Shown in pieces: positions 9,990 to 19,890 of a stretch of 64,000 bases of DNA. The DNA is taken from positions 2,170,001 through 2,234,000 of the forward strand of contig PS015009.1 of assembly GCA_048213135.1 (NCBI GenBank). The letters are read 5' to 3'. Source of the stretch: Reclinomonas americana ATCC 50394. Its lineage: Eukaryota. The notes below the pieces were generated by a model. It worked only from the letters and a program-made list of their open reading frames with translations, was not told the origin of the DNA and did not search any database. Within the stretch, counting starts at the first letter, position 1, and each line of letters starts with the position of its first letter. A program made the position numbers and the translations under genes.

Positions 9990-11159
9990 ATGCAACTTAT
10001 ACCCGTAACTGATCCCGCAACTGCCCGGGCATTTATACAGGTCGCCGTAGACCTGAACCAGCATGACCCCAATTGGATAAGGCCGCTGGATAAGGATATC
10101 AATGAAGTATTTGACAAGGATAAAAACAAAGCTTTCCGCTTCGGGGAAGTGCAGCGCTGGATAATGAAGGATGACCAGGGGAAACTGGCCGGCCGTATTG
10201 CCGCTTTTGTCAACAAAAAATACAAGAACAAAGGCGATGATGTACCTGTAGGCGGCATGGGTTTTTTTGAATGCATCAACGATCAGCAGGCCGCTAACCT
10301 CCTGTTTGATACCGCTAAGAACTGGTTACAGGAAAAAGGTATGGAAGCAATGGACGGTCCCATCAATTTCGGCGAACGCGACCGCTGGTGGGGACTCATC
10401 ACCGATGGTTTCAAGCCGCCGCTGTATTGCATGAATTATAATCAGCCGTACTATGTACAGCTCTTTGAGCACTATGGTTTCCAACTGTTCTTTAACCAGG
10501 TTTGTTTTGGATTGGACGCACAGAAAGAACTGGCGCAGAAAACGCTGGACAGGCATAAGATGCTGGATGAAAACCCGGATATCAGTTGCCGCATCATGGA
10601 AAAAAATAACCTGGAAAAATATGCGCTTGATTTTGTTGAAGTCTATAATAAAGCCTGGGCGGGGCATGGCGGCTTAAAGCAACTCACGAAAGACCAGGTA
10701 CTCATTATGTTTAAAAAGATGAAACCGGTAATGGACGAAGAGATCATTTACTTCGCTTATTATAAAAGCACAGCCATCGCGATGTTCATTAACCTGCCCG
10801 ACATCAACCAGTATTTCAAACACATGAATGGTAAGTTTGGGCTTTTGCAAAAACTGCAGTTCGTCTGGCGCCAGAAGTTCAGGCGCTCCCAAAAATTTGT
10901 AGGCATGGTATTTGGCGTTGTGCCCGAGTGGCAGGGTAAGGGTATTGATTCCTATATTATCGGGGAGTGTAAAAAATACGTGCAGGTGAAAAATCCGGTT
11001 TATTATGAGTATGAAATGCAATGGATCGGCGACTTTAACCCCAAGATGATCAATGTGGCTGAGAGCTTCGGCGATACCTTCCGCACCCGCAACCTGTCTA
11101 CGTACCGCTACCTCTTCAACAGGGAGAAGGAGTTTAAAAGGCATCCCATAGTAGAATGA
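9990..11159 (+). CDS. GNAT-fold protein (YghO-like)
   Basis: GRIAAF, GFFECIND, MDGPINF, YNQPYY, VVPEWQGKGI; start set at ATG 9990 after a TAAATTTG box. Confidence 0.75.
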   Translation: MQLIPVTDPATARAFIQVAVDLNQHDPNWIRPLDKDINEVFDKDKNKAFRFGEVQRWIMKDDQGKLAGRIAAFVNKKYKNKGDDVPVGGMGFFECINDQQAANLLFDTAKNWLQEKGMEAMDGPINFGERDRWWGLITDGFKPPLYCMNYNQPYYVQLFEHYGFQLFFNQVCFGLDAQKELAQKTLDRHKMLDENPDISCRIMEKNNLEKYALDFVEVYNKAWAGHGGLKQLTKDQVLIMFKKMKPVMDEEIIYFAYYKSTAIAMFINLPDINQYFKHMNGKFGLLQKLQFVWRQKFRRSQKFVGMVFGVVPEWQGKGIDSYIIGECKKYVQVKNPVYYEYEMQWIGDFNPKMINVAESFGDTFRTRNLSTYRYLFNREKEFKRHPIVE

Positions 11160-11461
11160 AAGAGTGAAGGAGGGAAGGAATGAAGGAATGGGATCTTTGG
11201 GAGAAATTGGCTACGGACGACAATCCACAGACGACAGGAGCGTGACGAAACAATCAGCATATTATACGCCACCAGGGAGTTTCCTTGTGTCCTTCATGTC
11301 TTTGTGGGAAAATAAATAAAGAGGGAAAAATGGGTAAATATATATGAAGGGCTTGATAAGTTGAGAGTTGTACTTTTTAATCTTAACTTACTGTTTCGCG
11401 TCTTTGCTCCTTTGCGGGCCTTGCGTGAACCCTTTTTAATTTTTAATTTTGACTTTTACAT
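11154..11461. repeat. Mosaic of short-period arrays (8-, 7- and 9-mers) upstream of dnaX
   Basis: GAATGAAG-type x5 (11154-11193); CCACAGA/CGACA-type (~11211-11238); CCTTGTGTC-type (~11283-11307); CTTTGC-type (~11395-11428); TTTTAAT/TTTGACT x4 (11434-11461). Confidence 0.75.
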
Positions 11462-11464
11462 TTC

Positions 11465-13237
11465 ATGGATAAGTTCATCGTTTCAGCGCGGAAGTACAGG
11501 CCCCAGAATTTCTCAACTGTGGTGGGGCAATCGCATATCACCACTACATTAAAGAATGCCATCGGCAATAACCAGCTGGCGCATGCTTTCCTGTTCTGCG
11601 GACCCAGGGGTGTGGGTAAAACCACCTGTGCCCGTATCCTGGCCAAAACGATCAACTGCGAAAACCTTACCCCCGACGGCGAAGCCTGTAATACCTGCAA
11701 CAGTTGTGTTTCCTTCGATGCCGGGGCTTCACTCAACATTCACGAACTGGATGCCGCCAGCAACAACTCCGTAGATGATATCCGCAGCCTGGTAGAGCAG
11801 GTGCGCTTTGCTCCGCAGGCCGGTAAATACAAAGTGTATATCGTGGATGAAGTTCACATGCTCAGTTCATCCGCGTTCAACGCGTTCCTCAAAACACTGG
11901 AAGAACCGCCTTCCTACGCCATCTTCATCCTGGCTACAACGGAAAAGCATAAGATACTGCCCACCATCCTCAGCCGGTGCCAGATATTCGATTTCAAACG
12001 GATCACCAATAACGATACCATTGAACATTTGCAGGAGATCTGCGACAAAGAGTCAATAGAAGCTGAAAAAGCCGCCCTGCATGTGATTGCCCAGAAAAGC
12101 GAAGGCTGCATGCGGGATGCGCTGAGTATACTCGACAAGATCGTAAGTTTTACCAACGGCCACCTCAATTATGCCAATACACTCGAACACCTGAACATAC
12201 TCGACGAGGATTATTATTTCCGCCTGCTCGATTGTATGCAGCAGCAACAGTTAAGCGACGCCATGCTCCTGTTCGATGAGATCGACCGCAAAGGGTTTGA
12301 AGGCGATACCCTGCTCGAAGGTTATGCCGAATTCATCCGCAACCTGCTGGTGAGCAAAGATCCCAAGGCCGCCATACTGCTGGAAGTGGCCGATGACTTC
12401 AAACAGAAATACCTGGGCGCCGCTCAAAAGATACCAGCCGGGTGGCTGCTGGCCGCGCTCAACCTGCTCAGCGAAGCCGGCATCAGTTACAAACAGGCCC
12501 GCAACCGCCGCCTGCATGTGGAACTCGCCCTTATCAAACTCACCTACCTGGCGCAAGCCATTGAACTGACCGACCAGGACGGTATAGGTAAAAAAAAACT
12601 GGCTGAAACAGCCAAACCCGTAGCCTTCCGGGCATTGCCGGTAATAAGGGCTAAAGAACAACCCCGCGAAGCAAAGTTGACTATTGAAACACCAGCTGCT
12701 CCCAAAGAAAAAGTACCCGAACCGGTTACAGTAAAAACAACAGCGCCGGTTACACAACAACAGGAGACCACCGCCCCGCCGGTGACCACATCGCTGGGCT
12801 CTCTCCGGAAAATAAGGGAGAAGATCACCAGCAGGCAGAAAGAAAATGAAGGGCCGAAACCCGTTACCATGGAAGAGCTGAAAGCGGTATGGGAGGCTTT
12901 CATCAATATACTGGCAGAGAAAAAAAATCACTCCGCTGTTACCAACTTCAGAATGGCGACGTTGCAGGTGATCAGCGACAACAACGTGGAGATCATCACC
13001 GAAAGCAACATCCAGCAAAAATTCATCGAAAATGAAAGGGCCGCGCTGATCGATCACCTGCAGGGACATTTCTGCAACAAGCAACTCGTATATACCCTTA
13101 CGTTGATTGAGAAAGAGCAGGAGATGGTTACAACAGAACGGCCACTCAATACCAAAGAACAATACCAGAAACTGACAGAAGAATATCCGCTCGTTAAGGA
13201 ATTAAGAGACCGGTTAAAGCTGGAACTTGACTATTAA
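11465..13237 (+). CDS. dnaX: DNA polymerase III subunit gamma/tau
   Basis: ARKYRP, GPRGVGKT, zinc-binding Cys, DEVH, SRC motif. Confidence 0.97.
   Translation: MDKFIVSARKYRPQNFSTVVGQSHITTTLKNAIGNNQLAHAFLFCGPRGVGKTTCARILAKTINCENLTPDGEACNTCNSCVSFDAGASLNIHELDAASNNSVDDIRSLVEQVRFAPQAGKYKVYIVDEVHMLSSSAFNAFLKTLEEPPSYAIFILATTEKHKILPTILSRCQIFDFKRITNNDTIEHLQEICDKESIEAEKAALHVIAQKSEGCMRDALSILDKIVSFTNGHLNYANTLEHLNILDEDYYFRLLDCMQQQQLSDAMLLFDEIDRKGFEGDTLLEGYAEFIRNLLVSKDPKAAILLEVADDFKQKYLGAAQKIPAGWLLAALNLLSEAGISYKQARNRRLHVELALIKLTYLAQAIELTDQDGIGKKKLAETAKPVAFRALPVIRAKEQPREAKLTIETPAAPKEKVPEPVTVKTTAPVTQQQETTAPPVTTSLGSLRKIREKITSRQKENEGPKPVTMEELKAVWEAFINILAEKKNHSAVTNFRMATLQVISDNNVEIITESNIQQKFIENERAALIDHLQGHFCNKQLVYTLTLIEKEQEMVTTERPLNTKEQYQKLTEEYPLVKELRDRLKLELDY
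12590..12606 (+). other. A9 slippery run in dnaX followed by a -1-frame TGA
   Basis: GGT AAAAAAAAA CTGGCTGA; TGA at 12604-12606 in the -1 frame, TAG at 12621-12623 in the +1 frame. Confidence 0.65.
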
Positions 13238-13277
13238 AAGATCAATGCCCGGACAATCTTGTCCGGGCATTGATCTT
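13238..13277. terminator. Perfect 19-bp inverted repeat between convergent genes, probable bidirectional terminator
   Basis: AAGATCAATGCCCGGACAA-TC-TTGTCCGGGCATTGATCTT. Confidence 0.7.
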
Positions 13278-13295
13278 CATAACTCATCTTTATCA

Positions 13296-15707
13296 TTACA
13301 AATTTACCCGGTTCCCTTCTTCCTGTGACGCTGTTCTGCGTTGCCTGCTGCTCTTCACATTCATATTGCCGAATTTATAATTAAAGGAAAGTGAGATCCT
13401 TTTGCCTTCCCATTGATTGATCCATTTGATGTGCAGCGATTCATTCCTGAACAGTGCATTGTATTGCGTAGGACCAACAAAATTATTCAGGCTGAGCTTC
13501 AGGCTGCCTTTATCTTTCAGAACAGGTTTCTGTACGCCTGCACTCAGGTTCACCGAGCCCGCTACTTTCGCGATACCCGAACGGGTAGGGGCATTCATGT
13601 ATATACTCAGCTCTGCTTTTATTTTTTTAGGTAAGGTAAAACTGTTGGTCGAACTGAAACTGGCATCCCATGCTTTTGTATAGTAACTGTAGCCGGGGTA
13701 AGTGGATCTTTCCGTTCCATAACCTGCATTGCCGGTCAGGTCGGTGCTCCACCATTTGGTAATGGGGATGCCTGCACTGATGTTAAGCCCGATGTAATGG
13801 CTTGAGCCTACATTCTCCGTACGGCTTAAAGATATTTTAGTGGCCTCGTCCTGTTGTATTACCTCGGTTGAAATATTATTGCCATATACATAGCTGATGC
13901 TGGTGAACAGAAAATCACGGAACCCGTGTTTCAGCTCCACCGAATGTGCATAGGAAGGCCGGAGAAAAGGATTGCCTTCGAAATAAGTGTAAGGGTCCAC
14001 AAAATTAAGGAAGGGGTTCAGGCTCTGGTAGCCGGGCCTGTTGATGCGGTAAGTATAACTCAGGCTTAAGGTGTGCAATTGACTGGCTTTGTAATTTAGG
14101 AACACCGTAGGAAATACGTTAAAGTAATTCCGTTTGTCGGTGCGGTTGATGGTGATGGAGTTCCCGTTGGAATGGGTGTATTCTCCTCTCAAACCAGCCT
14201 GCACACTCAGTTGTTTAAATTCCTTGCTTACCGTAATGTAGGCGGCATAAATATTTTCATCGTATACGAAATGGTTGGTGCGGGCATTATCGATCACCCA
14301 TTGATTGCCGCTTACCGAATCCGCGATAAGTTCATTATTGTTCTTAACCAGGCTCAGTTTAATACCGCTCTCTATCTTCCAGGAGGAGTCGATGTATTTT
14401 GTCCAGTCTGCTTTTAAGGAATAAATATCAACCCTTACCGGTGTTGTATTCCTGAAAATATAGTCCGGTCGCGGGGCTCCGATAAAATTGCTGAATTGAT
14501 TGGTATTCACATCATGTCCGCGGCGGCGGTAGTAGCCATAGTCCAGGTCAATGTTGAAAGCGCTTCCCAGCGAGTCGATGTCTTTTTTATAATTCAGGTT
14601 AAGGGTGATGTTGCTGTTGTTCTCCCGGTCGTCTTTAACACTGCGGATATAAGACTGGGGCTTGCCCGTTATATCGGTGAACAGGCTCCTGTTGGTGGTA
14701 ATGGCATCCTCATCGGAGAAAGTGCCCCTGGCCAGGAAGCCGAGGGTACTCTTGTCGCTGAAACTGTAATCGATGCCTGCGCGGGCATTGCTGTAGATCG
14801 TTACCGGATGCCAGTAATTGTCGCGTTGCTGGAAGATGGTATTACTGCCGCTACCGATGATGCTGTTGAGATCGAGCTGATTAAAACTTTCAAACCGGCC
14901 CGTACCCGCACTGGAAAAAAGGTTCACTTTCTTATTGCGGTAATTGAGCGAACCGCTGCCCGACAATTTAGGGTAGGTGCCGTATCCCCCGGTGGCGGCC
15001 AGCGTACCATTGGTGCCGTACCGCTTGTTTTTCTTCAGCCTGATATTGATGATGCCGCCGGTTCCTTCTGCCGGGTATTTGCTGCCCGGGTTGCTGATGA
15101 GTTCTATTTTACTGATCTCATCCGCCTGCAAATTCTTCAGGTAATTCAGCAGTTGTTCCCCGCTGAGAAAAGCGGGTTTATCGTCAATGAATATTTTCAC
15201 GGCCTGGCCTTTCATCTTTACATTTTCCTGCGCATCGATATTTACACCGGGCGCTTTACGCAAAAGATCGAAGGCACTGTTTCCCGTGGCGATGATGCTG
15301 TTCTCTATATTCATCACGGTTTTATCGGCCAGCATCTCCACCAGTTTTTTCCTGCTGCTTACAGTTACACCCTGCATTTCTTTTGTTATAGCTGTTAACT
15401 GAAAATCAGTGCCGGAGTGGTCTTTATTGACCGTATCAACCCGGATCGTACCGCTTTTCATTTCGGCGTAACCGGTGGCGGATACGATGACCAGGTATTG
15501 CCCGGGTTTTACGTGACGAAATGTGTAAACCCCGGAAGAATCCGAAAGGTCCGCTTTCAGGGTCTGCTGACTGGTTCCGGAAACGAGGGCAACGGAAGCC
15601 AGCGGAAGCGGCTCATGTTTATGGTTGTAAATGGTACCGCTGATGGTTTGTGCCTGGGCGGGAAGCACCAGGAACAGGGAACAAAGCAGTTGTAATATCT
15701 TTTGCAT
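13296..15707 (-). CDS. TonB-dependent-like outer-membrane beta-barrel (family-3 type) with N-terminal carboxypeptidase-regulatory-like domain
   Basis: Signal peptide; LRKAPGV, IELISNP.SKY.AEG.GGIINI, GNPFLRP; ends FNYKFGN...EEGNRVNL. Confidence 0.85.
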   Translation of the reverse strand: MQKILQLLCSLFLVLPAQAQTISGTIYNHKHEPLPLASVALVSGTSQQTLKADLSDSSGVYTFRHVKPGQYLVIVSATGYAEMKSGTIRVDTVNKDHSGTDFQLTAITKEMQGVTVSSRKKLVEMLADKTVMNIENSIIATGNSAFDLLRKAPGVNIDAQENVKMKGQAVKIFIDDKPAFLSGEQLLNYLKNLQADEISKIELISNPGSKYPAEGTGGIINIRLKKNKRYGTNGTLAATGGYGTYPKLSGSGSLNYRNKKVNLFSSAGTGRFESFNQLDLNSIIGSGSNTIFQQRDNYWHPVTIYSNARAGIDYSFSDKSTLGFLARGTFSDEDAITTNRSLFTDITGKPQSYIRSVKDDRENNSNITLNLNYKKDIDSLGSAFNIDLDYGYYRRRGHDVNTNQFSNFIGAPRPDYIFRNTTPVRVDIYSLKADWTKYIDSSWKIESGIKLSLVKNNNELIADSVSGNQWVIDNARTNHFVYDENIYAAYITVSKEFKQLSVQAGLRGEYTHSNGNSITINRTDKRNYFNVFPTVFLNYKASQLHTLSLSYTYRINRPGYQSLNPFLNFVDPYTYFEGNPFLRPSYAHSVELKHGFRDFLFTSISYVYGNNISTEVIQQDEATKISLSRTENVGSSHYIGLNISAGIPITKWWSTDLTGNAGYGTERSTYPGYSYYTKAWDASFSSTNSFTLPKKIKAELSIYMNAPTRSGIAKVAGSVNLSAGVQKPVLKDKGSLKLSLNNFVGPTQYNALFRNESLHIKWINQWEGKRISLSFNYKFGNMNVKSSRQRRTASQEEGNRVNL

Positions 15708-15762
15708 ACAGATGATTTAGACAGCAAAAATTGCCCTGTTTTCAAGGACGATTTTTTATTTT

Positions 15763-15843
15763 CGGCGAACCGGCGCAAGGGTACGACCAACCCGGATTTT
15801 TCCGTTTTTGCCTGTTGGCAGATCAGAACAGGGTGTTGGTCGA
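15763..15843. promoter_or_regulatory. Candidate LytTR boxes in a divergent promoter
   Basis: CGGCGAACC/CGACCAACC at 15763/15784 and TGTTGGCAGA/TGTTGGTCGA at 15813/15834, each pair 21 bp apart. Confidence 0.6.
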
Positions 15844-15886
15844 ATCATCCCGGGTTGTGCGGGTACAGGCACTACTTTTACAACCA

Positions 15887-16915
15887 ATGAAACGATCTTA
15901 TAAAATAGTACTTCATCTCTGCTACTGGCTGTACTCGCTTGGGTTGCTGGGGGTATTGCGGGTGATGGTATTTGAACAGAAGCCGGTCAGGTGGGACAAT
16001 ATGGCAAACCCTTTGACCTTCAGCTATTTATTTATCGGCCTTTTGGTTTTTTACAGCAACTATTTTTTTGTGCTGCCTACCTGGTTCAGGGCAAAAAAAT
16101 TTGCCGGGTTATGGCTGGCATGGATATGCCTGCTGGTACTGGGTATAGGGCTGCGCTATACGATTGAGGAAGTGCTGTACATGAAGTGGTTCGGCATTCG
16201 AAACTATAATGAAGCTACGCCCGCCTCTTATTATATATTCGACAACCTGTATTTTATAGGCATCTATATTGTGATGAGTACGGTATTCTGGACCGTGGAT
16301 TTCTGGATCACGACGGAAAAAGAGAAGAACCATTTGCAACAGGAAAAATTCGACGCGGAAATGAGTATGCTCAGGAACCAGGTGAACCCGCACTTTTTAT
16401 TCAATACACTCAATAATATTTATTCACTGAGTTACAGCAAAAGCGACAAAGCGCCGGAGAGTATTTTAAAGCTGAGCGAATTGATGCGGTATATGCTGAA
16501 AGACAGCGCTGCCGGGAAAGTGATGCTGTCGCGTGAACTGGATTATATCCGCAATTTTATCGACCTGCAGCAATTGCGATACAATGATCCTTCGGTTATT
16601 GTTTTATCCCTTTCCTCCGATGATGAAAGTTATATGATCGCTCCGCTGTTGCTGATCCCTTTTGTAGAGAATGGTTTCAAGCACGGAAACCTGAACGATG
16701 AGACCAGGCCGTTGCGGATCTCCGTCACCGCTTTATCGGGCCGGCTTCACCTGCGGGTAGAGAACAGTAAAACAAAAGGGAATAAAGATGAAAGCAGTGG
16801 CATTGGCCTGGATAATGTAAGAAAACGCCTGGACCTCCTGTATCCCGGCAACTACACCCTCTCTGTTCAGGAAACCAGGGAAGAGTATATTTGTGAACTC
16901 GACCTAAATCTCTGA
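15887..16915 (+). CDS. LytS-like sensor histidine kinase
   Basis: QVNPHFLFNTLN, FVENGFKHG, GIGLDNV; start set at ATG 15887. Confidence 0.92.
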   Translation: MKRSYKIVLHLCYWLYSLGLLGVLRVMVFEQKPVRWDNMANPLTFSYLFIGLLVFYSNYFFVLPTWFRAKKFAGLWLAWICLLVLGIGLRYTIEEVLYMKWFGIRNYNEATPASYYIFDNLYFIGIYIVMSTVFWTVDFWITTEKEKNHLQQEKFDAEMSMLRNQVNPHFLFNTLNNIYSLSYSKSDKAPESILKLSELMRYMLKDSAAGKVMLSRELDYIRNFIDLQQLRYNDPSVIVLSLSSDDESYMIAPLLLIPFVENGFKHGNLNDETRPLRISVTALSGRLHLRVENSKTKGNKDESSGIGLDNVRKRLDLLYPGNYTLSVQETREEYICELDLNL

Positions 16916-16917
16916 CC

Positions 16918-17622
16918 ATGATACGATGCATAGCCGTAGATGATGAGCCCCTGGCACTTAATATACTCTCCGATTATATGGAGAAGATACCTTTCCTGCA
17001 ACTGGTTACGGCAACCTCCAATGTCTTTACTGCACTTCAGCTGGTACAGGAACAAAAAGTTGACCTTGTATTCCTGGATATGCAGATGCCTGAACTGACC
17101 GGCCTGCAATTCATGAAGATCGCCAATGGAAAATGCGCCATCATCCTCACCACTGCTTACAGCGAGTATGCCCTTGACGGGTACGAGCATAATGTGGTGG
17201 ATTACCTGCTTAAACCCATCGCTTTTGATCGGTTCTACCGGGCGGCGGAAAAAGCCCGGCAACTGCTCAGCAGGACTGTCGCTGAAATACCGGTTGCCGA
17301 TCCTTTCGTTTTTATTAAAACAGACGGGCGTATCGTCAAAGTGATGCTCGATGATATCCTGCTGATAGAAGGACTGAAGGATTATATCGCCATTCATACC
17401 CGTAAGGAGAAACTGATCACCTTGCAGAACCTCCGGACCATGGAAGAGGGCCTGCCTGCCGACAGGTTTATCAGGGTCCATAAATCCTGGATCATTGCCC
17501 TGGATAAGATCGACAGTATTGAGCGGAACCGCATTTTTATTGGCCAGGAAGTGATACCCATCGGGGAAACCTACCAAAAACCCTTCTTCCGCCTCATCGA
17601 CTCCCGCAACTTTAAGAAATAG
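16918..17622 (+). CDS. LytTR-family response regulator
   Basis: VDDEPLA, FLDMQMP, YLLKP, RVHKSWI. Confidence 0.93.
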   Translation: MIRCIAVDDEPLALNILSDYMEKIPFLQLVTATSNVFTALQLVQEQKVDLVFLDMQMPELTGLQFMKIANGKCAIILTTAYSEYALDGYEHNVVDYLLKPIAFDRFYRAAEKARQLLSRTVAEIPVADPFVFIKTDGRIVKVMLDDILLIEGLKDYIAIHTRKEKLITLQNLRTMEEGLPADRFIRVHKSWIIALDKIDSIERNRIFIGQEVIPIGETYQKPFFRLIDSRNFKK

Positions 17623-17699
17623 GCAGTCGCCAATAGACCGGTAATTCCCCATTTTGCACTAATTTCACACTTCAATTCTAAAAATTAGATTTTTTTATT

Positions 17700-19331
17700 A
17701 TGGCTGAAGTAATACGCATGCCGCTGTTAAGCGATACCATGACCGAAGGCAAGATCGTAGCATGGAATAAAAAGGTAGGCGATAAGGTAAAAAGCGATGA
17801 TGTACTGGCGGAAGTGGAAACAGATAAAGCCACCATGGAAGTGAACGGTTATGTGGACGGCACTTTACTGTACATAGGCGTACCGGCAGGAGAAGCAGCC
17901 AAAATCAACCAGATCATAGCCATAGTAGGTAAGGAAGGCGAGGATTATAAACCATTGCTGGAAGGCGAAGGCGCCGCGGCAAAGGCGCCCGCAGCCACTG
18001 AAGCCGCCCCCAAAGCGGAAGAAAAACCGGCAGCAGCTCCCGCAACCGGTAAAGTAGCGCTTCCGGAAGGTGCCAAAGAGATCAGGATGCCGCTGCTAAG
18101 CGATACCATGACCGAAGGCAAGATCGTAGCCTGGAATAAAAAAGTAGGCGATACCGTAAAAAGTGATGATGTACTGGCAGAAGTGGAAACGGATAAGGCC
18201 ACCATGGAAGTTGTGGGTTATGAAGAAGGTACCTTATTATATGTAGGTGTGGAAGCCGGCAATGCCGCGAAGATCAATGAGATCATCGCCATTGTGGGTA
18301 AGCCCGGCACCGATGTAAGCGCTTATGTAGCCGCTGAAAAAAGTGGTGCCAATGCAGCCACTCCCGCTGCTGCAGCAGCAACAGCAGCTCCCGCCGCCGC
18401 AGCAGCACAACCCGCACAGGAAACAGCGGCCCCTGCAACCGGCTCCGATCAGCGCGTGAAAGCTTCGCCGCTGGCCAAAAAAATGGCTGCCGAAAAAGGC
18501 ATCGACATCGCTAAAGTTGCCGGCAGCGGCGACAATGGCCGTGTTACTAAAAAAGATATTGAAGGGTATACCCCTGCGGGGGCTCCTGCTGTAGCAGCGT
18601 CAACCGCAGCGCCTGCCGCCCCTGTGCGTGCCTTTGCACCCGCCGGGCAGGAAGGTCATACCGACATACCGGTTACGCAAATGCGCAAGACCATCGCCCG
18701 CAGGCTGGGAGAAAGTAAATTCAGCGCACCGCATTTCTACCTTACCATGGAGATCAACATGGACAATGCTATGGCGGCCCGCGCTTCCATGAATGAAGTA
18801 AGTCCAGTGAAGATCTCCTTCAACGATATGGTGATCAAGGCTTGTGCCATGGCTCTGCGCCTGCACCCGGATGTGAACAGCAGCTGGCTGGGCGACGTGA
18901 TCAGGCAGAACCACCACATCCATATCGGCTCGGCCGTAGCGCTGCCCGAAGGACTGATTGTACCGGTGATTCGCTTTGCTGATCAGAAAAGCCTGTCACA
19001 GATCGCTTCGGAAGCCAAGGAACTGTATGCAAAGGCTAAAGACAAAAAGATACAACCAAGCGAATTCAGCGGTAACACGTTCAGCATTTCCAACCTGGGC
19101 ATGATGGACATTGAAGAGTTTACGGCCATCATCAATCCGCCCGACAGCGCCATCCTGGCCGTGGGACGTATTAAGGAAGTGGTGGTGAAAAAAGGCGACG
19201 GCTTTGGTGTCAACAACATCATGAAGATCACCCTCAGCTGCGATCACCGCAGTGTAGACGGTGCTGTAGGAGCCGCTTTCCTGCAAACACTGAAAAAGTT
19301 CCTCGAAAACCCGGTAACCATGCTGGTATAA
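17700..19331 (+). CDS. pdhC: Pyruvate dehydrogenase E2 (dihydrolipoamide acetyltransferase) with two lipoyl domains
   Basis: 2 x EVETDKATMEV, KASPLAKK binding domain, SCDHRSVDG. Confidence 0.95.
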   Translation: MAEVIRMPLLSDTMTEGKIVAWNKKVGDKVKSDDVLAEVETDKATMEVNGYVDGTLLYIGVPAGEAAKINQIIAIVGKEGEDYKPLLEGEGAAAKAPAATEAAPKAEEKPAAAPATGKVALPEGAKEIRMPLLSDTMTEGKIVAWNKKVGDTVKSDDVLAEVETDKATMEVVGYEEGTLLYVGVEAGNAAKINEIIAIVGKPGTDVSAYVAAEKSGANAATPAAAAATAAPAAAAAQPAQETAAPATGSDQRVKASPLAKKMAAEKGIDIAKVAGSGDNGRVTKKDIEGYTPAGAPAVAASTAAPAAPVRAFAPAGQEGHTDIPVTQMRKTIARRLGESKFSAPHFYLTMEINMDNAMAARASMNEVSPVKISFNDMVIKACAMALRLHPDVNSSWLGDVIRQNHHIHIGSAVALPEGLIVPVIRFADQKSLSQIASEAKELYAKAKDKKIQPSEFSGNTFSISNLGMMDIEEFTAIINPPDSAILAVGRIKEVVVKKGDGFGVNNIMKITLSCDHRSVDGAVGAAFLQTLKKFLENPVTMLV

Positions 19332-19350
19332 CCGGCAGCAACATAACTAA

Positions 19351-19380
19351 GGACGCCTGCACCACTGCAGGCGTTTTTTA
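19351..19380 (+). terminator. Intrinsic terminator after pdhC
   Basis: GACGCCTGCA-CCAC-TGCAGGCGTT followed by a T run. Confidence 0.85.
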
Positions 19381-19411
19381 TTCCGCGTTAAAATAATCGT
19401 ATCATTGATCC

Positions 19412-19624
19412 ATGAACAAGTATTACTTCTTCGGCGCCCTTGCAGTACTGGGTATCATCGGCGTTTCTTTTGGCGCCTGGGCTAAGATCACCCACCAGGC
19501 TTATGCCGATACCGCCATGACCATCGGCCTTATCTGCCGCGGTATAGGCCTCGCCGCACTGGCCTGGCTGCTGTTCATGTGGCTGAGAAAAAAGGATAAA
19601 TCTCAAAACAACAACCCAGAATAA
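19412..19624 (+). CDS. Small two-TM protein resembling the GldL N-terminal membrane segment
   Basis: GAWAKITH.AYAD.AMTIGL resembles the recalled GldL pattern GALFKIxH...MLxxGL. Confidence 0.6.
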   Translation: MNKYYFFGALAVLGIIGVSFGAWAKITHQAYADTAMTIGLICRGIGLAALAWLLFMWLRKKDKSQNNNPE

Positions 19625-19635
19625 AAATAAAGCCA

Positions 19636-19881
19636 CTTTGCGTATCTCCGCGTCCTCTCGTTCTTTGCGGTTAACAAGTGGGGCAAAGCCCCGCTCATCC
19701 TGACCTATCATCACTCCTTGCAGAAAACATCTTTGCGTTACCTCCGCGTCCTCTCATTCTCCGCGGTTAACAAGCGGGCAACGCCCGCCCATCTTTTTAC
19801 CTGATCTTCTCTTCAGGAAACATCTTAGCGTTACTCCGCGTCCTCCCGTTCTTTGCGGTTAACAATGGGGCAACGCCCCAC
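19636..19881. repeat. Three tandem ~94-bp units, each with a ~9-bp-periodic core and a GC hairpin
   Basis: Units start at 19636, 19731 and 19824; core CTT(T/A)GCGT..CTCCGCGTCCTCYCRTTCTYYGCGGTTAACAA followed by GGGC-AAM-GCCC. Confidence 0.9.
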
Positions 19882-19890
19882 TCCAAAATT

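Noticed and set aside
17718-18300. Long near-identical internal DNA duplication
   Set aside because: These are the two lipoyl domains of PdhC, a normal architecture.
19636-19881. CRISPR array
   Set aside because: Units are ~60 bp and degenerate, linkers resemble each other, a solo copy occurs elsewhere, and no cas genes are present.
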